64,000 nucleotides of DNA, taken from the NCBI GenBank assembly GCA_002269645.1, contig NIVC01000572.1:391053-455052 (forward strand). Direction: 5' to 3'. Positions within the stretch are counted from its first letter, which is position 1. Each line of letters begins with the position of its first letter. Shown one piece after another: positions 1 through 12,900 of this stretch. The notes under the pieces are model-generated. The model made no database searches and was not told where the DNA came from. It saw nothing but the letters and a program-made list of their open reading frames with translations. Source of the DNA: Macrostomum lignano. Lineage: Eukaryota. The translations under genes and the position numbers were made by a program.

Positions 1-238
1 AACAGCAATGCTAGACACAAAGATGCCATTTGGGTAGTAGCTATAAGGTAGAAATACAATGGAATAGCCTGGAATATCATAACTCTGAATAAGGCAGAAA
101 GCCTATTGGTACAGCAAATAGCTCGGAAAACAAACCTCGTGACACAACGAACTTTGAAAGCGGTCCGGTCGGCACGCCGAATTCGTTTATTTTGTCTGCT
201 GAATGCACCGACGTCATCAGTTGGCGAGCCATGCGCAC

Positions 239-951
239 CTGCGCCCAGACTTCCTAGTGAACTCTTCAAAACAGAACTTTGTCGCCAGGAAAGCCGTTGC
301 GAAGTCCTTCAAGAAGCGTCTGGCTCCGGGAAAAGTTTTATTTTTGCCAGTGGTGCCGCTGGTTTTAAAGAGAAATTCGACTCTACCCGGGAAGAACACG
401 TTTGGCTCGCCTCGGTAGGCCAGCTGGTTGTACTTGTGCAGCTCGGCATAGTCGCGAACCGGCACTCGAGCTCGGAAATCATCGATTCGGATCTCAGCGC
501 GAACCCGTGATCGCGGCCGAAAACGGTGTTCCTGCTTCGTGCCACGTGCTTCATAAGAGTGATGTGCTGCATCTCTAGCATCCTGCTGCCAGACCTGTAC
601 GCCCGCTTCAGGTTCCACACCGAGTACCTGCCTAGAGTAGCGGTGAGCAGCCGTGTCTTAGCCATCTGGATGAACCCATTCCAGCTCAGAGTGTTGCACG
701 GCCTCATTTGACGCAGATACTGACAAGTCAGTGCGATCGAAGTGGCGGCACTGCAGATAATTCCTGAAACAAAACAAAATGTTTGTTTTAACGCGTTTTC
801 AAGTTCAAGCAAGCTTCAGTCACAGCTTACCCAAAAAGCCGAGACCGTACAGGGAGCACTGACTGGAGAGCAGCGCTGCAACTGCAGTGGCAATCAGGCC
901 AACACATCCAGCCGAAATCAGGTTGAGAACGGTCGCGTACGACTGAGCCAT
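239..951 (-). CDS. GH3-domain (GHDC-like) acyl-adenylate-forming enzyme, 5' exons; the gene continues off the left edge
   Basis: Exon 951-831 (MAQSYATVLNLISAGCVGLIATAVAALL..., donor G|GTAAGC) splices in phase to an exon from 763 (acceptor TTTCAG) to ~239 (donor AG|GTGCGC). The translation has GH3 hallmarks: Q-x-TL...NTVFGRDHGF, DDFRARVPVRDY and the ANL-superfamily loop FLFKTSGTTGKNK. A frameshift near 495-505 joins ORFs 309..812 and 217..618. Confidence 0.8.
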
Positions 952-1007
952 GCCGACAGCCAGAAAGTTTTCAATTTCCTAAGAGCAGTGTTGAAAGACG
1001 ATGATTG

Positions 1008-1480
1008 GAGGAGTGCACTAAAGTTTTGAGATATGTCACAACTGCGCGCTTTTTTATGCACATATATACTACCACCCTTCAGATGCTTGATAATAAATTT
1101 TCAGCCTCTGTGCTCTTATCAATTTTTTTTTTCACAATCACTCTTTCAAAGTCAACACCCCTGCCAAACTGTACTCGCTCCAATGGAATTGACAAACCGC
1201 GACAGATCTCCACGCAGGAGAGTGCATTGACGTGTCCTTCTTTCGGAGACCAAGCCCCTTCCTGTACCACATTTTTTGGTGTTACGATGAATGAAAGCGG
1301 GGCCGCAGCAGCCTTGAACGGGACACCCAGCTTCTGCTATCACCGACGAAAACATCGCTGCTGTCTGAAGAATGAGGACCGGTGAGTAACCTGTGCCGAG
1401 ATCAGAGAGGCTCTCGGCATTGGATCGGAAGCGGTTTACAACCACAACCTGAACGAAGACCAGAAGACGTAGGGGTGCGT
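1008..1480 (+). mobile_element. Degenerate mariner (Tc1/mariner) transposon, 5' fragment
   Basis: ATG at 1183 gives MELT. Across broken frames it reads FGDQAPSCTTF-W..*KRGRSSLE, AITDENIAAV and EDR*VTCAEIREALGIGSEAV, matching the two HTH motifs of mariner transposases. A TIR-like GAGGAGTGCACTAAAGTTTTGAGA lies at ~1008-1031. Stops and frameshifts throughout. Confidence 0.75.
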
Positions 1481-1578
1481 TGATGAGGGTTCATACTCGA
1501 AATATTCGACTATGGCACCTCAAAGCGATCCTGGAGAGCATCACAGCTGATGAGACCTGAGTCTACCAGTACGACCTA

Positions 1579-1810
1579 GTGACGCATCATGCATACTCCA
1601 ATGGAGTCCAGCTGGTGACGCATCCTGCATGGTCCAATGGAGTCCAGCTGGTGACGCATCCTGCATGGTCCAATGGAGTCCAGCTGGTGACGCATCCTGC
1701 ATATTCCAATGGAGTCCAGCTGGTGACGCATCCTGCATATTCTAATGGAGTCCAGCTGGTGACGCATCCTGCATATTCCAATGGAGTCCAGCTGGTGACG
1801 CATCCTGCAT
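1579..1810. repeat. 36-bp minisatellite, ~6.5 copies
   Basis: Unit GACGCATCCTGCATATTCCAATGGAGTCCAGCTGGT with variants. Confidence 0.95.
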
Positions 1811-3464
1811 GTTCCCCCCAACCTGACATCCTGCAACTTCTTTCTCTTCAACTTGGGTGAAGAGTCAACTACGTGGAAATCGATTTGAATTTGAAAGAAA
1901 ATTCAGATTGAGCTACAGTGCTCCTTTCAAGATGCGTGTCAACTATACTCGTAGAGAATGTTTTCAGCATAAATTTACTTGAATTCTATACAGCAAATTG
2001 TCTGATTTGAACTTTAAATAAACCTGGACCAGAGAATCACAAATTTTTGCAGCAAAATTTTTGAATGACCCAAAACTTGTCATTCAATTCAATGTTTCCA
2101 TTTTGCATGCTTTTTTAACGCTCGTACTTACAGAGTCCAATGTTTTCCTTAGAATTCTTGCAGTCAGTCGGGTCTCTCAAGATTTCAGTTAACTTCAAAT
2201 TCAATTATTCACTCGACAGATGCGAGCTGGCCTACCACAGGTTTAACTATTCGGTCACGAAGACTCATTCACGAGCTCCGTGTGAAAAGCAGCTTAATTG
2301 GTCTTTAAGGGTTCTGTGTTATCGCTCTGCAGTCTGTCAATGTAGGCCAAACTAACCAAACAAACTGCAGCAAAAGGCGTGGATTGGCAGTCGTTAGTTG
2401 ATAAAATCTGATCAACAAAAAGGATTCAAAGTTAAAAATAATCTGTCCCTGCATGCTCTTAATCTTGAAGCCACGCAGCTGTCTGTTTGTCTGTCTGTCT
2501 GTCTGTCATGTGCTTCAGTCGCACCTACTTGACCTGTAAATTGCTGACAGCAGCCAAGAGAAACATATAATCATGTTTTTTCTTTGTAGTCAAGCCAACG
2601 CGTTTGGTCAACCAGACGAGCCCATGATTCAATTCAATTGAACACACCAGTATTTAAGAATGACCAAACTGCATGTACAGTCGAAACAGTCTGGTAAAAT
2701 TTCACAACTAGCCTAAGTACAGGAACGGAGGGGGGAGATAATTATAGACTCCACCCCATTGAAGCTTCGTTTATCAGAATGCAGAACGCAACTTGGATGT
2801 GCAGCTAGCTGGGGTGGAGCGTGTCTATTCTCTCTCCCTCCATTCTGTGATATGCTAGGCATCGTGGGGTCGTACTATAAAGCTGTCGTAGCGTAAGTTT
2901 GATCGTACGTTGGAACTTTACACTGCGGATATTGGAGCTAAGAACGATCTTGTCTTACGATGGCTTTTATAGAACGGGGCCATGCATGTTAGTTCCCGCA
3001 CTGGCTGCTGGGTGGCCTCATCCTTAAGGTGCGCTGTCTTTGGAGTAGAGCAATAACCTTAAATTTCAATGGGCAATAGCCCTAGTAAAATTATCATGCA
3101 TCTTCCATACCAGTTACACTCTTACAATTTCACTCTGACACTGTCACACTGTCACTCTTACACAATTTCACACACGCTGTCAGTGACACTAGTAAGTCAC
3201 AAACCCTAGATTCACGGATACAAACACAATCTTCAATAATCTTTATGGCTTTCAGATAATAGATTCACAGGTCCTTGATTTACAGATTTTTAATGACCAA
3301 TTTACCAGTTCAAGCTGGTGAGCAGCACCATAAGCCGTTTGGCTGCCTTCAGAGATACATTACCCATAGCAGAGAATTGCACTTACCGAGTGACGTCATT
3401 GCATGCGACCCAATTTCGACATGCGCTTGTGTTTCATAGCACCAGAGAGACCCATTAAGGTGCG

Positions 3465-4110
3465 TCATATTACCCGAGGACTCATAAATGTGTGTCATAT
3501 CACCAGAGGACTCATTAAGGTGTCTCAAATCACCAGAGGACTCATTAAGGTGTCTCAAATCACCAGAGGACTCATTAAGGTGTCTCAAATCACCAGAGGA
3601 CTCATTAAGGTGTCTCAAATCACCAGAGGACTCATTAAGGTGTCTCATATCACCAGAGGACTCATTAAGAAGGTGTGGCATATCACCAGAGGACTCATTA
3701 AGAAGGTGTGGCATATCACCAGAGGACTCATTAAGAAGGTGTGGCATATCACCAGAGGACTCATTAAGAAGGTGTGGCATATCACCAGAGGACTCATTAA
3801 GAAGGTGTGGCATATCACCAGAGGACTCATTAAGAAGGTGTGGCATATCACCAGAGGACTCATTAAGAAGGTGTGGCATATCACCAGAGGACTCATTAAG
3901 AAGGTGTGGCATATCACCAGAGGACTCATTAAGGTGTGGCATATCACCAGAGGACTCATTAAGGTGTGGCATATCACCAGAGGACTCATTAAGAAGGTGT
4001 GGCATATCACCAGAGGACTCATTAAGAAGGTGTGGCATATCACCAGAGGACTCATTAAGGTGTGGCATATCACCAGAGGACTCATTAAGGTGTGGCATAT
4101 CACCAGAGGA
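3465..4110. repeat. Minisatellite with 27/30-bp units
   Basis: Unit ATCACCAGAGGACTCATTAAG(AAG)GTGTGGCAT; variants differ by an AAG indel. Confidence 0.95.
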
Positions 4111-4699
4111 TTCACTAAGATGATGTTAAGAACGCCAGCTTCACTGATAAACAAACAGCAAAGGCAACTATCATGACATATTACGCTCGCATGTAAGCGG
4201 TGAAAGCTCCAGTAAGCATTCAATCAGTAGGTCAGCTGACAGCTGAACAAATTTGCATTATATTTGCGGTGGGCGCGAACTCTCAAGCACAATTTCGCGA
4301 ACTCGTTTTTAAGCAGGTTGGCGCGGCAAAAAAGCAGAATGAATCTTTTTCAAAAAGCAACGTTCTTGGGCTGATAACATTTTGATTGGGGCTGGCAACA
4401 TTCTTATCCGGCAACATGCGATCTGGATCTTAGAAATAGATTTACAGGCACAAAATAAAGACACAATGTTTAATAGATTTGTAATTTATGCAAAAATGCG
4501 AAATTAATATCGCAACAGCGAGTGCAAAAGTGAACAATGCAAGGTGATGTGGCTATCAATAAATTGCAACTGCAAAACTAAAAAAGTCTGTTTTCCAAGC
4601 TTCGTTGTGACAATTTTGCTTTAAAATTTGTAATAGAGAATATACAAAGGCTTGCAGTGCTTAGCGAGAAGGCACAAAAATAAAAGAAAAAACCACCTG

Positions 4700-5275
<576 letters not shown>

Positions 5276-5579
5276 TGTCAATACGGTCGTATTCAAAATA
5301 CGAGCTACAATTAAAATCGCATTAAAAAGGCCAGCAAAATTTACCTAATTAACTAATTCGCTGTTACAGAGAAGCGAGAAACTCTTGCAGTGCTACTGGC
5401 AGTAGCGCAACACGGTGAAGAAAATTATAAAGTAAATAATAAAAAGCAATAATTGCTTCGTCACCGCCGAGCGGACTAATTAAGTCAGACTGCGCATCTC
5501 TTATTTCTGTTGGTTTTAAATATTCTTTACGTTTCCCAACTGACTTGCGTTATTAAAGAGCGCTTCAAAATTGACGCTG

Positions 5580-6140
5580 TTCACAGACCATTGATTCACA
5601 GATAATCGATTCACAGATCCTCGATTCACAGATTCTAAATTCAAAGATTCTCAATTCACAGATTTTAAGTTCACAGATCATCGATTCACAGATTCCAGAT
5701 TCACAGACCCCAGATCCCAAATTCACAGATCCCAGATTCACAGATCCTAGATTCACAGATCCCAAATTCACAGATCCCAAATTCACAGATCCCAGATTCA
5801 CAGATCCTAGATTCACAGATCCCAAATTCACAGATCCCAAATTCACAGATCCCAGATTCACAGATCCTAGATTCACAGATCCTAGATTCACAGATTCCAG
5901 ATTCACAGACCCAGATCCCAAATTCACAGATCCCAGATTCACAGATCCTAGATTCACAGATTCCAGATTCACAGACCCCAGATCCCAGATTCACAGATCC
6001 CAGATTTACAGATATTAGATTCACAGATCCCAGATTCACAGATCCCAGATTCACAGATCTTAGATTCACAGATCCCAAATTCACAGATCCGAGATTCACA
6101 GATCCCAGATTCACAGATCCCAGATTCACAGATTCTATAT
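5580..6140. repeat. 15-bp minisatellite just downstream of the GPCR stop codon
   Basis: Unit CAGATTCACAGATCC with variants. Confidence 0.95.
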
Positions 6141-6230
6141 TTGCTGATCTTTGCTCACCTTTTTCATTCATTTGTATAAATTCTATTTACACTGCAGTTG
6201 TTCAATAAAATCGCCCGAAGTCAGTCAGGT

Positions 6231-6938
6231 TCAAACTTTGGTCAGCTGCTCGGTCGGCTTACAATCGGGCACGAGGTACTCGCTGCTGGCCTGCGTATCC
6301 GTGACATCGTACAGCAGCTCCCGGCTGCCGGGGCACCTCGCCGGCAAGGTGTCGATCGGCGGCGGCTCCGGCAGCGGCGACTTCGGGCTGCGCAGCGCCG
6401 GTTCCGCCTGGCTGTGCGTGATGTCGAACAGAGACTGGTCGTCGAGTCGGGTGTCGCCAAATGCCCGACTGTCGAAGAAGCCGGACTCCAACTGCTGCGG
6501 CCGCCGGCTGGATTGCTGTCGCCGATCCTGGCCGCGGCAGTCGGGCCTGTCGATGGCGGCGGCGGCGGTCGGGTCGCAGCAGGAGGTGAAGTTCTCCTCC
6601 GTGACCAACGGCGCCTGCGACGGCGCCTCGGTGCCGCGCGAGCCCCGTGACGCCCAGGCGCTGCTGCCGCTGCCGACGCCGCTGGTGCTGCTGCTCCCTC
6701 TGTTGTTGTTGTTGACATTGACGACGACGGGGCAGCCGCAGTCGCCGGTCAGGCGGGGCGGGGACAGGTTGGACAGGTCGGTGGCCGTGTCCGAGGGCTG
6801 CTGCGGCGGCTGCTGCTGATGAAGCCGCAGCTGTTGCTGGCAGTCACGCCGATGCTGCCGCTGCGGCTGCTGCTTTCGACGGAAGACGCTGAGCAGCCGC
6901 GACAGCTGGCTGGGGAGCCCGCTGTCAGACTGGGAGGA
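6231..6938 (-). CDS. Adhesion GPCR last exon: Gln/Ser-rich cytoplasmic tail ending in T-K-V
   Basis: Open frame from acceptor CCCCAG|TCC at 6938 to the stop at 6231; GC-rich; the C-terminal T-x-V fits a class I PDZ-binding motif. Confidence 0.75.
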   Translation of the reverse strand, partial: SSQSDSGLPSQLSRLLSVFRRKQQPQRQHRRDCQQQLRLHQQQPPQQPSDTATDLSNLSPPRLTGDCGCPVVVNVNNNNRGSSSTSGVGSGSSAWASRGSRGTEAPSQAPLVTEENFTSCCDPTAAAAIDRPDCRGQDRRQQSSRRPQQLESGFFDSRAFGDTRLDDQSLFDITHSQAEPALRSPKSPLPEPPPIDTLPARCPGSRELLYDVTDTQASSEYLVPDCKPTEQLTKV

Positions 6939-9900
6939 CTGGGGGGGGGGGCGCGAATGTTCACGGATTCAAAAATTCACAGATCCTAGCATTTAGAAAT
7001 GCAAAGTCACGAATGGAAAAATTAAGTAGCTCTCATATTTTCAGATCCTACAAATTTCACGAATCTCAACATTCACGAATCTCAACATTCACGAATCTCA
7101 ACATTCACAAATTTCACAAATTCACAAACATTCACGAATCCCAACATTCACAAATCCCAATATTCACAAATTCCAATATTCACAAATTCCAACATTCACG
7201 AATCCCAACATTCACAAATCCCAATATTCACAAATCGCAATATTCACAAATTCCAATATTCACAAATTCCAACATTCACGAATCCCAAACAGCATGAAAA
7301 CCGGGTGCGCCAACCTTGTCAACCAGATATCTGGCATCGCCTTCATAGGGCAAATACAGCTGCTGCTGCTGCTGCCCCTGCGGCGGAAGCAGCGGTTGCC
7401 GAAGCCGGCCCTGCTGCGCCTTGTTGGCTGGCGTGGACCCGGAGCCGGGGCGCTCAGCCTGGCGTTCCTCCGCTGCTCCAGCAGGCGCCGGAGAGAGCCG
7501 GGCGTCCGCCTGCCGTCAATGAGGAATTTCTCCCAGTCCTCGCGGACTCGCTTATGCGCGCACACCTGAGTAGCGAAGATGAAGCAGCCCTGCAGGCCGT
7601 TGAGCAGGGTGAACAGGTACTGCGCCACTATGAACAGGTGCGTCTCAGCGAATAGAAACATCAGGCCGAGCAGCCAGGTGAGGCCCAGCAGGCAGGCCAG
7701 GGTGGCCGTGACCTTCATCTGGCGGCTCAGGTAGGACAGGCGGAGGCTGGCGGAGGTGGCCGCCGATCCTCCGACAGCATCGGCGGCGTCGCTGCGGGTG
7801 CCGGCGAGTCGGCGCATGATGACGGCGAACAGGCAGAGGTTGACGAGACAGACGGCCATGGCCGGCCCGATGAAGGCGAAGCTGACGCCGTGGTCGCCGC
7901 TCAGCCAGCAGACAGAGGGCCGCAGGAGGCCGCCGGAGTCCGCGGACGCGTCGGCCTCGGTCTGGATGAGCTGCTCCGGCCTGAGCGCCGCCGTGGGCAG
8001 CACGATGAGCAGCGGAGCGACGCCGCTGGCCAGGCAGTAGTGCCAGAATTTCACCTGTGACCGGCAGAGAGCATGCAGGGGTCAGGTGAGGTCGATGGTT
8101 CGAGTTCGGTATGACGTCGGCGGAGGTCGTTGAAAAGATCGATCAGAGGTCGGTTTGAGGTCGTTGGGAGTTCGGTTTGAGGTTGTTGGAAGTTCGGTTT
8201 GAGGTAGGTTTGAGGTCGGTTTGAGGTCGGTGGGTGGTCGGTTTGAGGTCAGTGAGAGGTCAGTTTGACGTCGGTTTGAGGTTGGTGGGTCGGTGGGAGG
8301 TCGCTTGCAGGTATGTACGTGTGTATGCTCAGCGGTCATCAGAATTGATTCAACTCAATTTCCTCACCTTGGCAAAGGCAGAGTCCACCCTGGGCAGCAC
8401 AATCACCAGACTGTGGGTGTACATCAGGCCCTCGCACAGCAGCCAGCAGAAGGCGCACAGCAGGGCGTACAGAGTCAGCACGGACAGCAGCTTGCAGGCG
8501 GCGATGGGGGTGGCTGGCGGCGGAGGGGAGCGGATGGAGCCTTGCATATAGGGACACTGGCAGTTGTACATAGGTTCTGTGTCTTCTGTCTGCTCCCTCT
8601 CCTCTCTATCTCACCTTGCTGTCTCCCTCTCCTCTCTACCTCACCTCGCTGTCTCCCTCTCCTCTCTACCTCGCTGTCTCCCTCTACTCTACCTCACTGT
8701 CTCCCTCTCCTCTCTACCTCACTGTCTCTCTCTCCTCTCTAGCTCGCTGTCTTCCTCTCCTCTCTATCTCACCTTGCTGTCTCCCTCTCCTCTCTACCTC
8801 ACCTCGCTGTCTCTCTCTCCTCTCTAGCTCGCTGTCTCCCTCTCCTCTCTACCTCACCTCGCTGTCTCCCTCTCCTCTCTACCCCGCTGTCTCCCTCTCC
8901 TCTCTACCCCGCTGTCTCCCTCTCCTCTCTACCTCGCTGTCTCCCTCTCTTCTCTATCCACCTCAGCCAATACTTTCAATCTCAGTGCCATTCCCGATTA
9001 CTATCTAACCCACAGAGGTCGCAGACTCCCCAGAGCAGGATACGCACCATCAAGCGGCTGGAACGCGGCCAAAAACAGCGCCTGGCCCAGCATGAGGGCC
9101 AGACAAAGACTCCGGTGCACCCGATGCAGAGTGGCGATGGACTTGTCAGCCATGGGAGTCTGCATCCGAACCACAATATAGGTGATGGAGGTGAGCAGCA
9201 GGCAGACAATGGAGACGGACAGGCAAATCCAGGTGAGAATTCTCAGTGGCTCCGAGTGCAGCCGCCACAGGCGGTGAGTCTCCACGCCGAGCCAGGCGGT
9301 GCCGGGCAGCACCGTGACGGCAAAGCTGCTCAGGTGGCGGCAGAGGCAGGCGGTGACAGTCGGGCTCGAGAGCTCAACGGCCACCCGGCAGCCGCTTGGA
9401 GACAGGAACTCGGGGGCGAGGAGGCAGCGGCTGCGGTTTGCGAAGGCGGCGGCAGGAGGTGCACGCACTGGCGGAGCTGCCCGGAGATGCGGCTGTGCGG
9501 GATCAGCAGCAGCACCTCGGCTGCCGGCTGGCCCGATGAGGCGGCGTCTGCAAAAGTCATTGTCAAGGGCAGGTTAGATCCCAGATCCTAGATCCCAAAT
9601 CCCAGATCCCAGATCCCAGATCCTAGATTCTAGATCCCAGATCCCAGATCCCAAATCCCAGATCCTAGATCCCAAATCCCAGATCCCAGATCCCAAATCC
9701 CAGATCCTAGATCCCAGATCCCAGATCCCAGATCCTAGATCCCAGATCCCAGATCCTAGATCCCAGATCCCAGATCCCAGATCCCAGATCCTAGATCCCA
9801 GATCCCAGATCCCAGATCTCAGATCTCAGATCCCAGATCCTAGATCCTAGATCCCAGATCCCAGATATCAGATCCCAGATTCCAGATCCCAGATCCCAGG

Positions 9901-12900
9901 TGCAGTCACTCACCGAGCCTCTCACCGCCAGAGTACAGGGTAGCCTGAATCACATTGGATACCACAGGCTGCTTGGCCGTGCCCAGTCTCCGGGTCAGAT
10001 GCGGCAGATTTAGAACGGTGGTTACCATGGAAACGGCGGTGCCCTGGGCCGAATCGGGGAGCAGACGAAGCTTTACAGTTGAACTGCGATCAGCTGACTG
10101 CACCAGCTGGGTGCCGTCTGGACGCAGCCGCTGCACTGACACGGCTGTGGGAGATTCGCACATGCGATGCATCAGTAATGTACTTTAGATTTGCATGGAG
10201 CGCTTAAGTGCGTTGGGATCGTTTAGGTGATTTTAAAGGCTAGAAAATTTGGATGTAGGAATCTGTGTGAGGATCTAAGATCTGGGAGAATTTTAATTTC
10301 GGTTTAATTGAGATCTGACAGTATTTGAAATATTATAGCACTTAAGTTAAGGGATCTGGGTGTATTCGGGATCTGTGAGCATCTGGGATCTGTGAGCATC
10401 TGGGATCTGTGAGCATCTGGGATCTGTGAGCATCTGGGATCTTTGAGCATTTAGGATCTGTGAGCATCTGGGATCTGTGAGCATCTGGGATCTGTGAGCA
10501 TCTTGGATCGGTGAGCATCTGGGATCTGTGAGCATCTGGGATCTTTGAGCATCTGGGATCTGTGAGCATCTGGGATCTTTGAGCATCTGGGATCTGTGAG
10601 CATCTTGGATCTGTGAGCATCTGGGATCTGTGAGCATCTGGGATCTGTGAGCATATGGCATCTGTGAGCATCTGGGATCTGTGAGCATCTGGGATCTGTG
10701 AGCATCTGGGATCTGTGAGCATCTGGGATCTGTGAGCATCTGGGATCTTTAAGCATCTGGGGATCTGTGAGCATCTTGGATCGGTGAGCATCTGGGATCT
10801 GTGAGCATCTGGGATCTTTGAGCATCTGGGATCTGTGAGCATCTTGGATCTGTGAGCATCTGGGATCTGTGAGCATCTGGGATCGGTGAGCATCTGGGAT
10901 CTGTGAGCATCTTGGATCGGTGAGCATCTGGGATCTGTGAGCATCTGGGATCTTTGAGCATCTGGGATCTGTGAGCATCTTGGATCTGTGAGCATCTGGG
11001 ATCTGTGAGCATCTGGGATCGGTGAGCATCTGGGATCTGTGAGCATCTTGGATCGGTGAGCATCTGGGATCTGTGAGCATCTGGGATCTGTGAGCATCTG
11101 GGATCTTTAAGCATCTGGGATCTGTGAGCATCTTGAATCGGTGAGCATCTGGGATCTGTGAGCATCTGGGATCTTTGAGCATCTGGGATCTGTGAGCATC
11201 TGGGATCTTTGAGCATCTGGGATCTGTGAGCATCTTGGATCTGTGAGCATCTGGGATCTTTGAGCATCTGGGATCGGTGAGCATCTGAAATCTGTGAGCA
11301 TATGGCATCTATGAGCATCTGGGATCTGTGAGCATCTGGGATCTGTGAGCATCTTGGATCGGTGAGCATCTGGGATCTGTGAGCATCTGGGATCTTTGAG
11401 CATCTGGGATCTGTGAGCATCTTGGATCGGTGAGCATCTTGGATCTGTGAGCATCTGGGATCTGTGAGCATCTGGGATCGGTGAGCATCTGGGATCTGTG
11501 AGCATCTTGGATCGGTGAGCATCTGGGATCTGTGAGCATCTGGGATCTGTGAGCATCTTGGATCGGTGAGCATCTTGGATCGGTGAAGAGGATGGATCTG
11601 AGAAGTCTTAAATCCAGGGATTTATTAGTTTTCAAAATCATTGGAAGAGATTCAAGGTAAAGCATGTCCCTGACCCGCTAGCTGCAGTTTCCAGATCGGG
11701 AAATTCATCATCACAGCCTCAGCCTCCCCAGCCTCACCGATTCCGGACGCGGCGGCGCCGAAGCCCGGCCGGGCGAACTGCAGGCCCCGCCCGATGTCGT
11801 CCAGGCCGGCCAGCACGGAGCTCGCCGCCGCGGCGAGGCTGCGGGACTCGGCCTCCGACTCGGGCGCGTCCGACCCGGCCAGCAGGCCTTTGCCGGCAAA
11901 CTCGGCCACAGTGTCCAGCAGGTGGCCGACTGTCCGGCTAAGCTGTCCGGCGCCGAGCTCGGAGCCGTTGGCGCCGGCCGGCAGTTGGGCGGCCAGCAGG
12001 CTGGCGAACTGGCGCACCTGGCCGAGGTCGCGGAACGGCTGCGATTTGGCAAAGCCGGACAGCATGCGGGCCCGGACGGCCGGCTGGGAGACGCGCGAGA
12101 TCTGAGCGACGGCGAGGGCGAGGGCGATGCGGTTGGACTGAGATGGGCCATTGACAGCCTATGAGACGCATGGCTTATAGAACTGCAGGTGTAGAAACCC
12201 ACATCTGGGGTAAATCTACAGATGTACATAAAAACTTGTCGATGTGTACATCGAAAATTTTTTACTAGAGGTACCTTCTAAAGTTACATGATGTACATCC
12301 TAAATTTAATAATAATAATTTACGTAATGTGTATCCTAAAGTTACATGATGTACATACTAAAGTTACATGATGTACATACTAAAGTTACATGATGTACAT
12401 ACTAAAGTTACATGATGTACATCCTAAAGTTACATGATGTAGATTAATGTAACGTATTGTAAATTCTAAAGTTACATGGTTTTCATCCTAAATTTAATAA
12501 TAATAATTTACATAATGTGTATCCTAAAGTTACATGATGTCCATCCTAAAGTTACATGGTTTTCATCCCAAATTTAAATTGATGCACATACCAAGTACAT
12601 TGGCGTACATCCCAAAGTTTTATTATTGAATAAGCTTTTTGTAGAACTTGCTAATATTACAATATCTCAGATAAAATGTGAAATATGAAAAGCACCACTA
12701 GCTGCCTTATCGATAAAGAAAGGGTGTAAAAAACCGCTAAGCAAACAGAGAAACCTGGCAGAGGCCACGCCATGCTTGCCAATCGGAAGTCTCACCGAGG
12801 TTCCCAGCGTGACCCGACAGAATTTTTATCAGACTCGTAGCTTATCGCTCAGGACAGGCCAGTTGGGGGGGGGGGGGGGGCTTGAGTCAATAAAACTTTG

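Noticed and set aside
217-812. GH3 gene as bacterial contamination or recent horizontal transfer
   Set aside because: It has an in-phase 67-bp GT-AG intron and is contiguous with animal-type repeats; GH3-domain genes (GHDC) are known in animals.
6151-8040. Plus-strand ORFs overlapping the GPCR exons (likewise over the RTE at 41689-43233 and the PIMs)
   Set aside because: These are antisense shadows of GC-rich coding sequence; the family motifs are on the minus strand.
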